This document shows positions 50,119 to 61,497 of a DNA stretch of 64,000 nucleotides, in pieces. The notes beneath the pieces are model-generated. The model did not search any database. It saw nothing but the letters and a program-made list of their open reading frames with translations, and was not told the DNA's origin. Within the stretch, counting starts at the first letter, position 1; each line of letters opens with the position of its first letter. The translations under genes were made by a program, and so were the position numbers. This stretch comes from Parasitella parasitica NRRL 2501 (lineage: Eukaryota > Fungi > Mucoromycota), in contig MU619277.1 in NCBI GenBank assembly GCA_025201805.1, positions 65,828 through 129,827 of the forward strand, read 5' to 3'.

Positions 50119-51731
50119 ATGGAGCATGTATTAATGTGGGATGAAAGTAGAGTGACTAAATGGATGTCTGGTATTGGCTATTCTTCATATGAAAAACTAT
50201 TTAAAGGTAATATCATGATTTTCATCATGATGTTGGTTATTGATATTCCCTTTTCAGAACAAGGCATCACGGGAGATGTTCTCGTCAATCTTGATCATGA
50301 ATCATTGCGAGATCTATCCATACTCACAGTAGGGCAGAGAATGGATTTGCTGAAGAATATTTACCAATTGAAAATGCATTATCGAGTCCCTGTGAACGAA
50401 TGGGACTACATACCACCAAGTATGTTGTGTTGTTTCTATTGGAATCGAATGATACTAATCCGATTTATAGGTGTTTTATATGAAACTGTAAAAAAAAAAA
50501 CTGTGTCATTTATTCACACGACGATCCATATTTAAAGTTTTTATTGTTTATTGTAGGATTGGTTAGGACAAAATGGAATGGCAGACTACAGAAAGATTGA
50601 AGCAGCATTTCAGGAACGAGGTGAGGCTGCTTGCATGCGGGACAAAAGTGGGTAACTTTATTCATATTTTTGTTAGATGCCCGTATAAAAAGATTGACCG
50701 AGGATTTGCAGAGAATGAACCTTGATATGACTATATTAAAAGAAGAAATTGGACATATAATAAAGCTAAAAGACAAAAAGGTTAGACATTCGTGATCAGG
50801 AACTAGGGAGAAGTTGACTTTTTTTTTTTAGTCACCCCTGGATGGCAATGGTATGAAATCATCCACGCCAACAAAAACATCTTATCACAGCACCAGCAGT
50901 AAACATGTCAACTCACCCACAAAGATCAACAATAGCGATCATCATCACAACAATAAGCCTTCAACGGACGAGAAACTCACGCCCAATGTAATGATCAACG
51001 ATGGCGGAGCAATCAAGGTGTATGGAGACAAGATATCCAAAATTGAGCATGAGCCAGAGTCGTCTAAAAACGTTCGATTGTTGCTTGATGATCCCACATC
51101 CAAAGTGATTACATCTGCACTTAAAAAGTACAATGTTGTGAGCGATTGGCAACAATACGCTTTATGGATCCAGTACGGCCTACACGATAACATGCAAGGT
51201 AAATATTTGTAAACAAGCAAACAAATCATTAATACTAATCTAGCAACATCATTAGAACGCGCTTTAGGTTATGACGAACGGCCTTTAAGAATCTCGCAAA
51301 AACTAAAAGAAGCTAAGCAGAACCCAGTTTTTGTACTAAAGCATGTTAAAGATAACAAACCGTTCATTCCACCAAGCTACAGCAACCCCAGGCCTGCCCC
51401 ACCCAAACCTTATGATAGCAATAGTAAATCGTACAATAATAACAATAAATCATCGTCGCCACTTACTAATACCAATACAACAACATCGACTGCAACTATG
51501 GCAACGACAACGCCTCCTTTGTCTGGAAAGGGTGGGTTTGAAGTGACAATTCCCGCTGCGTCTTCTTTCGTTGCATCCCCCACTACCTTGTCACCTTCCT
51601 CTGCAAAAAAAACCCCTCCACTGCCAGCGCCAGCCCCTCCACCGCAGCCTTACACGAATGAACTTGGTCTAGACAATGCCATTGTCAATGCCATCTTCTC
51701 CATCAATAACGACACAACACAGAACCCATAG
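50119..51731 (+). CDS. STE50: MAPK adaptor with SAM and Ras-association domains
   Basis: SAM WDESRVTKWM...ITGDVLVNLDHESLRDLSILTVGQRMDLLKNIYQLK; coiled coil; RA domain DDPTSKVITSALKKYNV...WQQYALWI...ERALGYDERPL...NPVFVLK. Confidence 0.88.
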
Positions 51732-51867
51732 GAAATAAAAGCCGGGTGAAACTATAAATTTTTTTTTGCATGAAACCATCCAAATGGAGTTCCAATGAGC
51801 TGATTTATGTGGCCAGATATTGGAAGCGAATCAATCATGTAATAAAACAGAGAGTTCCCAGTGCCAA

Positions 51868-51895
51868 ACACACACACACACACACGCACACACAC
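51868..51895. repeat. (CA)n microsatellite upstream of eEF3
   Basis: Direct observation. Confidence 0.9.
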
Positions 51896-52004
51896 TCTCA
51901 CGCACGCCCGCTTCCTTTTTTCTATTAGAATAATTGTCTCCTCCTTTTTCTTTTTTTCTTTTTCCTTCTTCTCTTTACCCTTTGACTGATAATTTCTTTT
52001 AACT

Positions 52005-55000
52005 ATGGATATTCCCAACTCCAGTACTGCTACTGGCGCCGCAAGAGCCGCCGATCGTAGTAAGCGTCGCTCGTTGACAGAGCTTCAAAAGCCTAAGCGT
52101 TTCCGTATTGGTGAAAAGGAATCTGAAGAGGCAAAGCAAGCTTTGAACAAATTACTGGCTGCCACTGATGAGGCTGAACGAAAGCAATTGGCTGAACAAT
52201 GTGCTGGTTTCGCCAACCATTATGGTGTCCTCGCTCTCAAAACTGGTCATATTTGGCCCGCTATCTCTACTGAGCTCTTTGCCAAGAAGATCCGCTCCCC
52301 TCAAGTCCTGGGTGCTCTTGCTTTGACTCAAGCGTTGATTACGTCCAATGCTCTTTTACGCGGCCAACTTGAACCTCATTTGATTACCTTGTTGAATCCT
52401 CTTCTGGAACTGCAAGGCGGTAAGGACAAGGCCATTTCTGAAGTTTCTGCTGACGTTGCTCGTAATCTGGTCAAAGCCTTCAATCCCATTGCCACTCGTC
52501 ATGTCATATCCTATTGTCTTGAAGGTCTCGAAAATTCCAAAAAATGGCTTACAAAGATGCTCTCTCTTGAGATCATTGAAATTCTGGCTACTATCAACCC
52601 CATGCAAGTTTTGGTGTGTTTGCCTGTTGTGATTCCTGTGGTTTCTGACTGTATGTGGGATACCAAGCCCGATGTCAAGAAGGCTGCCACAAATTGTATG
52701 ACTACCATCACTGCTCTCTTGGATAACAAGGATATTGAACGTTTCATTCCTGCTGTTATTGAATGTATCAACAATCCTGAAAAAGTGCCAGAAACTATTC
52801 ATCAGTTGGGTGCTACTACTTTTGTCCAAGAAGTCGATGCTGGAACTTTGGCGTTGATGGTCCCTCTTTTGAGCCGTGGCCTAAAGGAGCCTAAAACTCC
52901 TATCAAGCGTAAGTCTGCTTTGATTATCGACAACATGTGTAAGCTTGTCGACGACCCTGAGGTGGCCGCTCCTTTCCTGCCTCTTTTGCTGCCCGGCCTT
53001 GAGCATGTGCATGAAACTGTTGCCGACCCCGAATGTCGCGGTGTTGTCAAGAAGGCTATTGAGACTTTGAAGCGTATTGGTGGTGGCGCTGATACCGCTA
53101 CTGTCTTGAGTAACGAACAGAAGCGTGAAAAGGTCGAGAGCACCTTGGACAAGCTTATGACTACAAAGCTTGAAGGTTTCTTTGCCCCTGTTCGCAAGTA
53201 TATGGCTAAGCTTTCTTTGGCACTTGTTTTGGCCCGCGACTACGATCGTAATGCTTGGATTGCTTCTATGTCTCCTCATGCTGCTACCTGGCTCTTGGTT
53301 ACTGGTCGTGAAAAAGAAGACGGAAGCGAGGAACTTGACTCTTCTGCTGAAAAGCTTGCTTTGGCCATTCTCTCTTCTTGTGAAGAAGCCATTGCTCCCA
53401 AAGACACTGAAGAAGAGGAACTCGAAGAAGGAGAGGAACTCTGTAACTGTGAGTTCTCTCTTGCTTATGGTGCCAAGATTTTGTTGAATCGTACTCATTT
53501 GCGTTTGATGCGTGGTCGTCGTTATGGTCTCTGTGGTGCTAATGGTTGTGGTAAATCCACTTTGATGCGTGCTATTGCCAACGAACAAGTCGAGGGCTTC
53601 CCTCCTCGCTCCGTTTTGAAGACTGTTTATGTCGAACATGATATCGATGGTTCTGAGGCAGATACTGGTCTTGTTGATTTCATTGATGCTTCTGAAGGTG
53701 TCGAGTGTCATGACAAAGCAGAAATTGCTCGTATCCTCAAGAATTACGGTTTTACCGATGAAATGGTCAACCATCAAGCTATTGGCTCTCTTTCTGGTGG
53801 CTGGAAGATGAAGCTTGCTCTTGCTCGTGCCATGTTGATGAATGCTGATATTCTTCTTCTCGATGAACCTACCAATCACTTGGATGTTGTTAACGTTGCT
53901 TGGTTGGAGAACTATCTCTTGGGCCTCAAGACTGTCACGTCGATCATCGTATCTCACGATTCTGGTTTCCTCGATCACGTTTGTACTGATATTATCCACT
54001 ATGAGGGCAACTACAAGTTGAAGCGTTATCGGGGTAATCTTTCAGAGTTTGTCAAGAAAGTTCCTCGTGCTGCTGCTTACTATTCTCTGGGTGCTGCTCA
54101 AACCGTTTTCAAGTTCCCTGAACCAGGATATCTTGAGGGTATCAAGACTAAGGAACGTGCCATTTTGAAGATGAAGAATGTTGATTTCCAATATCCTGGT
54201 TCTTCTAAGAAGCAATTAGTCGACATTTCTATGCAATGTTCTCTTGCCTCTCGTGTTGCTGTTATTGGTCCTAACGGCGCTGGTAAGTCCACTTTGATCA
54301 AGCTGTTGACTGGTGAGCTTGAGTCTGAAGTTGGCACTGTCTGGAAGCATCCCAATTTGCGTATTGCCTATGTCGCTCAGCACGCCTTTCACCATATTGA
54401 AAAGCATTTGGATATAACTCCTAATGAGTATATTCAATGGCGTTATGCTACTGGCGAAGATCGAGAAGAACTTGACAAGAATGATCGTATGAATGAAGGG
54501 GCTAACAAGAAGGCCTTGGAACAAGTCTTTATCATTGATGGCGAGAAGCGTACTATCGAGGAACTTGTTGGCCGAAGAAAGCTCAAACAATCTTATGAAT
54601 ATGAAGTCTCTTGGGTCGGTCGTTCTTCTGTCGATAATACTTGGATTTCTCGTCAAAAGCTTGAAGATATGGGTTTCGGTAAGAAGATTGCTGAGGTCGA
54701 CTCTGCTGAAGCTGCCAAGATGGGTCTCAATCGTCCTTTAACTGCTAAGGAAATTGAAAACCATTTGGAAGAGGTTGGACTTGAGCCTGAGTTTGCTTCT
54801 CACTCTCATATTCGTGGTCTTTCTGGCGGTCAAAAGGTCAAGCTCGTTATTGGTGCTGCCATGTGGAACAAGCCTCACATGTTGGTTCTTGACGAACCTA
54901 CGAATTACTTGGATCGTGAATCTCTCGGTGCTCTTGCAACTGCTATTCGTGAATATGGTGGTGGCGTCGTTATTGTTACTCACAACCGTGAATTTTCTGA

Positions 55001-55256
55001 AGCTCTTTGTAACGAAGTATGGATGGTTGATGATGGTCATTTGACTCCTTCTGGTCACAATTGGGTTTCGGGCAATGGCGGTACCCAAATCAAGGAAGAA
55101 GAACAAGAAGATCAGGTTGATGCTCAGGGTAATACTGTCAAGGCTACTCAAAAGAAGAAGAAGTTGACTTCCAAGGAACTTCGCAAAAAGAAGAAGGATC
55201 GTATGGAACGTCGCAAGCGTGGCGAGGAAGTTTATACAACAGACGAGGAATTGTAA
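52005..55256 (+). CDS. YEF3: Translation elongation factor 3 (eEF3), intronless
   Basis: HEAT region (LGATTFVQEV), ABC1 GANGCGKST/LSGGW/LLLDEPTNHLD, ABC2 GPNGAGKST with chromodomain insert (RRKLKQSYEYEVSW), LSGGQKVK, and a basic tail KKKKLTSKELRKKKK. Confidence 0.96.
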   Translation: MDIPNSSTATGAARAADRSKRRSLTELQKPKRFRIGEKESEEAKQALNKLLAATDEAERKQLAEQCAGFANHYGVLALKTGHIWPAISTELFAKKIRSPQVLGALALTQALITSNALLRGQLEPHLITLLNPLLELQGGKDKAISEVSADVARNLVKAFNPIATRHVISYCLEGLENSKKWLTKMLSLEIIEILATINPMQVLVCLPVVIPVVSDCMWDTKPDVKKAATNCMTTITALLDNKDIERFIPAVIECINNPEKVPETIHQLGATTFVQEVDAGTLALMVPLLSRGLKEPKTPIKRKSALIIDNMCKLVDDPEVAAPFLPLLLPGLEHVHETVADPECRGVVKKAIETLKRIGGGADTATVLSNEQKREKVESTLDKLMTTKLEGFFAPVRKYMAKLSLALVLARDYDRNAWIASMSPHAATWLLVTGREKEDGSEELDSSAEKLALAILSSCEEAIAPKDTEEEELEEGEELCNCEFSLAYGAKILLNRTHLRLMRGRRYGLCGANGCGKSTLMRAIANEQVEGFPPRSVLKTVYVEHDIDGSEADTGLVDFIDASEGVECHDKAEIARILKNYGFTDEMVNHQAIGSLSGGWKMKLALARAMLMNADILLLDEPTNHLDVVNVAWLENYLLGLKTVTSIIVSHDSGFLDHVCTDIIHYEGNYKLKRYRGNLSEFVKKVPRAAAYYSLGAAQTVFKFPEPGYLEGIKTKERAILKMKNVDFQYPGSSKKQLVDISMQCSLASRVAVIGPNGAGKSTLIKLLTGELESEVGTVWKHPNLRIAYVAQHAFHHIEKHLDITPNEYIQWRYATGEDREELDKNDRMNEGANKKALEQVFIIDGEKRTIEELVGRRKLKQSYEYEVSWVGRSSVDNTWISRQKLEDMGFGKKIAEVDSAEAAKMGLNRPLTAKEIENHLEEVGLEPEFASHSHIRGLSGGQKVKLVIGAAMWNKPHMLVLDEPTNYLDRESLGALATAIREYGGGVVIVTHNREFSEALCNEVWMVDDGHLTPSGHNWVSGNGGTQIKEEEQEDQVDAQGNTVKATQKKKKLTSKELRKKKKDRMERRKRGEEVYTTDEEL

Positions 55257-56565
55257 AGTCTTTTTTTGTAGATTATTTATTTCGTTCTTCATATACATAC
55301 TCTTGCTCCTCTTCTATTAAAGTTTATTTTAAGCTCTTATTATAGTGGCGTATTATTATCTATCAAGTGTTGCATCAATCAGGAAAACGTGGGTATATAC
55401 TTACCTACTGGTTTAAAGCAAAACAATTGAGAAAAGGGAGCTCAATAAAGAAAGAAATGGACGAAGTTGATGACTGATGTTATACTTGCTTGATACTAGA
55501 AGAATTTGATTTTCATAAAGGCCACTTCGTTTTGTCTTTCTAAGAGTGGCCAAACAGATTTTTTCAAGGTTAGTGAGATTTAGTTGGGTAGTCTGTTTGA
55601 TTCACCAAGAAAATGCGCTTCCTAGACTTTCTTTTTCTTTTTTCCCAAGTTGATATGAATACCGTTATGATACAGTAGTTATAATTTGAGTAGACCCTCA
55701 TGCATATAATAGTTTTTTATGATTAAATGAGGTGCGAAAGTCAAGAGCACTGTCGATAGCTACATTTTTCTTGTCTTACCGAATAGTATTATTGAAAATG
55801 ATTCATTGGGAGCTTTAGTATTCTTCTTTCTTAAGAAATAAATTATTACAGACTTGTACAATATCTGCAATGCTATAGATTTGCTCATGACATGCTATAG
55901 ACATGCTACATATACAGATATGTACCAAGACGAACACCAAGTGATATACACTCAGACATGCACTATTAATATAGACTAAGTAAGACTATACTAGACATTC
56001 TATACGCTTATGGATCGATATTAGTAAATTTCGTATGGAAAATTGATCAGCGTACCTCGGGTAAAGTCTATCTTCTCATTCAGATAATAGATCCAAGATA
56101 TCTTTAGTCTCCTGAGATGTCGTTTAGCTCGAAATTAAAGCTGCTAATGAATCAGAATTGTCGTGTACGTTAAATTATGATGATGGAGCATTTATCCATA
56201 GCTTAACTATATAGAGGTTTATATACCTGGGCAGTAGATGAACTGGATCATTATGCACTTTTCGATTTGATAATAAAACCTATGCATTTACCAACTTCAC
56301 AATTATATTTTTTTATTTTCATTTATTCCAGTGAATCTATATGACATCTTATATCGAATCCACAATCTTTGCCGCAATATAAGCATTTAATGATCAGATA
56401 TTGAATTCCTCAGCTATATGTGTGTTGATTTAAAATCTGGTTTTATGATCGATAAGTATAAACAATGATAAATAACACATTATAGCGATAGTATCTTCAA
56501 ACAGGAGACGGAAAACAAAAACACGTGATTATATTTCAACCTCCAACACAGAAATCCGAAAAACG

Positions 56566-56727
56566 TTTGATAGGGACATTGCCCAGTAGAAACCAAGGTA
56601 TGCTCAGATAGCGATGATTATGCCTGATCTTAAGGCTCATAAGACAGTGTTTATTTTGCTATTTATGGTAGCCCATCAGCATTTATATGCGATTTTGGTA
56701 TGGTTTCTGCAGATAACTTTCTAGATA
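56566..56727. repeat. Dispersed ~200-bp repeat, copy 3
   Basis: tttgatagggacattgcccag...tatgctcagatagcgatgat...cataagacagtgttta...gataactttctagata matches the copies at 13915 and 14253 in the same orientation. Confidence 0.85.
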
Positions 56728-57216
56728 ATCAAGTAATGTTTAAAAAAAATTTAGATCAAATCTTATCGATAATTTATTATAATTGGTATAATACGTCATA
56801 AGTGAGCATGAACAGAACGTGGTATGAAGGGACTACTTCATTAAGACATGGCAAAGAGACGTGAATGGCGCCGTTGAGTGGCTGTAGATCTTAATCCTGG
56901 GAAGATTGGTACTAGCCTATGACACTTTGATCCTGAAAATGGGGTTAAATCCTGATGGTGTTCTTACACTATAATTTTATTATAAAGAACAATCTATCAT
57001 TTTTTACGCATTTGGGCTCTTGTCTTACTGGGACAGATACAAATAGCCAAATCTTAGGAAATTCTATGTCACGGCTACGGTGATTCGCTCAAACTCTTAT
57101 TGATATAGTGAATCTAACTTGGAACCGCCTGTATAAAGATGGTCAATAACTCTCTTTATTTAAAAGTTGATTGTTTGCAAGTAAGAGAGAGAGGGTACTT
57201 TTTTTTTTGTTTCTAA

Positions 57217-58822
57217 TTAGTCTATCAAAATAGTTTGCCCAAATGCAGTTGTTATAAATTTAGTAGATGTAATATTCACTCCTTTGCTATTGACAGCAAC
57301 GGTCGGTGAAATAGATGAAGCAATCGAATCGTCGTCTTGATCCACCACTTGTGTCTGATTCTTCAAGTCATTTGTATATTTTTGCCAAATACTGTCTAAT
57401 GTTTGTCTAGGAGCTAAATAGTGCTCATCCGACATCATAAATGTACCCCAGTGAATGCCAACTGACACGCGAGGACAGCCCAAGTCGAAATGTGCTTTGA
57501 TAGCATCTTCAGGACCCATGTGAAGATGCTTCATTAACTGTGTAGGCATGAAACTACCAATTGGAATAGCTGCTAGAGTGATAGGAGCATACAGGTTACC
57601 AATAGCCTTGAATAGCTCAGGAGAATAGCCAGTGTCACCACTAATTTTTTATTAGTTGATTCATGCACTTCTGTATAGATGGCGAGCTTACCAAAAGAAG
57701 ATCTTGTCGTTTTTTGCTTTAATAACATAGCTGCACCAAAGCGTGTTATTTTTTTCAAAAGGTGTTCGTGATCCACTCCAATGCTATGAAAAGTAATCAA
57801 TACTTCTGCGTCAATGTTTGTATAACTGATTTTACCATTGCAGGCACACAAGCAATCATTAAGTCAGAGTTTTTATGACAAACCTCCTGCCACCAGTCCA
57901 ATTCTACGATGTTGGTTACACCTCTAGTTACGAACCAGTTTTTCAAACCAAGGGGGATATACCAAACAACAGAATTTCCCAGCTTTTTCACGGCAGATTC
58001 ATCCAAATGGTCAAAATGATCATGAGAAACTACAACTATATCCACATTATCGACAAAATCCTCTAATGGACAAGGTATAGGCCTTAATCTTTTGGGCCCA
58101 AAATAATCGTTAATCGAGCATTTGCTAAACACAGGATCAGACAAGATAGTCAAACCGTCAATTGTCATAAGACAGGTGGATTGACTGGAGTAGTACAGAA
58201 AAAGCCCCATCAATACAGTGTCAAATAAAAATATTTTTATACCTTACCCAAACCAGGTGAATGTTACCGATTTGCTTGCGTTTTTAATTTGATTCAAGTT
58301 TGGTTTCATCACGGGTAGTGTTCTTTCGAGTTCCTACAGTGCAATTCATCATTTATACGTCTTTCAAGATAAAACATAAGCAAAGCTTACCTTTTCACAT
58401 TTAGGTATGCCATTGCCTTTCCATCTGCCCATCCAGAACAATACAGTCTTGTAAAATGGAATTTCTGTCCATTCATCGAAAGGGTTTACAAAGCGCTTTT
58501 CAATGCGCAAACTGGCATATTTCTCTTCTGGCCGTTTAAGTGATTTCCTTTTATTTATACCTTTTTGACGGAGTATTTCGATGTCATGATGATGTTGAGT
58601 GCTTGATTTGTGATACCAGTAGTAGGCAATAGCTGTAGCAGCAGCAGTTACAGTAACTAAAACTGCTGTTTGGTGATGGCAGTAGAATTTATAGGCAAGG
58701 TTGCTGCTTTTCACTCGTTTCAATACTTGAGGCATCGTATAAGAGCAAAACAGGGAAAGAGAAGAACCTGCAAATAGCTTTTTTCTAGAGGTACTTGATA
58801 TTTTCTTTATCCTTTCCGCCAT
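57217..58822 (-). CDS. N-acyl-phosphatidylethanolamine phospholipase D (NAPE-PLD/FMP30-like metallo-beta-lactamase), multi-exon
   Basis: RFVNPF, TFTWFG|QST, ILSDPVFS, SHDHFDHLD, ELDWWQ, HWSGS...LWCSYV, GDTGY and GIHWGTFMMSDE. Confidence 0.92.
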
Positions 58823-58995
58823 TGTTTGTTGTTTTTTCTTTTAATTTAAGAAAAAAAAGGGGGTAGGGTACGGAGAGGAGAGTCTCTTTTTATACAAATG
58901 TAGAAAAAACAGTGCAATTGTTTGTCTATATTACCAATTGGCGAACATGAAACTTTATTCCACACTGAAAACTGGAATGAAACAAGACATTATCA

Positions 58996-60839
58996 TTAAA
59001 GGTATTGTTTAAGTTGTGTAGGCAATGGTGTTACCATGGCAATTGATTTGTTTGAGAGCATGTTAGCAAAAGATTTTAATAAATGTTGATGTTCCTACAA
59101 AACAGCTGTTTGAGACCCTTATCAGATTGTAATCAATAACACAGCGCCTTACCTGATTGATAAATGTGATTGCCCACCCCCTTTGCTGCTTTGCATTCTC
59201 TGGTAATGGTTTTTGCAAGATGGCACGGCCAATACGATGCACATAATCATCTAACGTGGCGGCCATATCATAATTGATGACAAGCCGCACAGATGGTAAA
59301 TCGATGCCCCGTGCCAACACGTCTGTTGAAACAATGACATCCCATAATGGTTCTGTTTGATTGATCCCCGCGATAATTATCGCCCTTTCCTCCTGCGTTT
59401 TATCTCCATGCATGGCAACCACTCGTAGATGAGGATTTCGTTTTTTTATAGCTCTGCTTAAAAACTCTGCTCCAAGTCGACTGGCAACAAACACCAGAAT
59501 AGGTATCACAAAATACTTGGGATCTCTTAAAATAGAGTATAGACGTTTTGCTTTACTTTTGTTTTCCACCCAAAGAATTGTTTGTCGTACTTGGTCACTT
59601 GGTTCAGGCAATCTCACCATCTTTTTCTGCTGCTCTACTTTGACTTCAATGGGCAATACAAGTTGATCGTACAGTTTCTTGAGCATTTTGTCATTGCTCA
59701 TAGTAGCTGAAAAATATGATGTCTGTCTAGGAGTTTTGTCCTCCAATTTACCCAAAATTTGCTTCACCTGAGTACCAAACCCTAAACTAAACATGGCATC
59801 CGCTTCATCCAAGACAATCATACGAATTTTCCATAAACGTAGCAGTTTTGGATGGTGAGTGACCACATCTAAAATACGACCAGGAGTTCCAATGATAACT
59901 TGAACCCCTTTTTTCAATCTATGCAACTGATTTGGCAAAGGTTCTCCTCCGATCAATAAACCTGTACGCATATTACGAAGTCTCATTGCCAGCTTTTTCA
60001 TTACATTTTCGATTTGGCAACATAGTTCTCGGGTAGGTGCCATGATCATGGCGTAGGGCCCAGACCGACGCTTATAATCATCCATCACAGAAAGAGATAC
60101 ACAATGAACTAGCATAGGAATACAGAAAGCTGCCGTTTTTCCACTGTGGGTGGGTGCAATGACCATTGCATCTCGCCCTGCAAGTCCAATGGTTACGGCT
60201 TGCCGTTGCACACCTGTAGCCGTAGACCATCCCATGGATTCAATATTGTGGAGAATAGTATCGCCTAATATGGTTGCAAGCTGATCATAGGTGCTAAATG
60301 GTTTCGGTATATTGCTTCCTATTATTTGTACTTCATGTGCTTTTAGCATTTGATTGACTTGCTGTGTACTCATGCTTGCAATTGAAGGCGGTTCTCGGTA
60401 GTTCGTTAGTTTGGCGTGTACATTAGCTGCAACATAATCTCGAATATGTGTGACAATCATTGGCTTTTTGGCCTTTTTCTTCACTAGTTTGTGTTGGCTT
60501 AAATCCGTATTAATTGCTTTGCATTGCAAACTATTTTCGTAGATGAATAATCTTATCATAGTTAGCTTTATCTGCTAGTCACCTGCATATGTCATGATTG
60601 GTATCATTATTGATATATTCGCCGTACTTTCCACACACAACACAAATTGGTTCATCTGGTAAAGCCAATCGCTGATCTGAAGAAAATTGCTTCACGTATT
60701 CTTCTTCCTCGTCATCTATCCCATCACTCTCTAAGCTAGGGCCATTTTGTGTAGAACCTGAATAAATTCTTTTGTTGTTTGAATAGTATTCGCTATTGTC
60801 ATCTTGGCTATATTTTCGTTTTGCAACAAAAGAGTTCAT
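58996..60839 (-). CDS. DDX59: DEAD-box RNA helicase with N-terminal zf-HIT (DDX59-like), 3 exons
   Basis: zf-[26 protein letters not shown]|SLQCK; motifs [33 protein letters not shown] and HRIGR. Confidence 0.88.
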
Positions 60840-61497
60840 AAGGGTAAAAAAAAAAAGATATTGCAGGGAGAACTTGAAATTTTACACTTTGTTTACGTCT
60901 GATGTTTAGAGACACCACAGAGTGTTTTCTCAAGATTACCGTTATACAGTGCTTCACCGTGAGATCCATGTATCTTTCAAGATATAGGATCACAGTATCA
61001 TTATTGACCAATGCTGAAGTTCCCAAGCTCATAATGTAGATAGCAGATCTTGGATTTGTTATCATGAAAAATGTTCTCACTTTACAAAAAATAACTTGAA
61101 TGATCACAAAATCTTGAATCCTATTTTTGAACGCAAATCGCTGAAGTTGCAGCTTTCTTTCCTCTACTGTAATGTGGCTATATTGATTTTATTTTTTGTA
61201 TCATGATTTTGCTTTTTTTGATATCACAATGACAGTAAACGACATGTTTCAATTGGTATATACCAAGTTTTAAATACTTGAAACTCTCACGAAAGAGCCA
61301 TAGAATCTTAATGATAGGATACTAGCTGTGTTTAACTGTAAACTGGTATACTGTATCCAATGTGTACCTTGATCACAGTCAACAGAATACGATGCATAAA
61401 GAGTAAAAAAGGTCACAGCTATTCTAAAAAAAAAAAAAAAAAAAAATGTCAATTAGTTTTACTTGCACCGTCTGTTTCCTTTGATTTAAACTTCACC

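Noticed and set aside
52356-55298. Long antisense ORFs opposite eEF3 (and similar ones opposite GSIII and carRP)
   Set aside because: Shadow frames caused by codon bias of the sense genes; no motifs.
55870-56005. Recurrent agacat/gacatgc words
   Set aside because: Irregular spacing and low information; cannot be distinguished from low-complexity decay.
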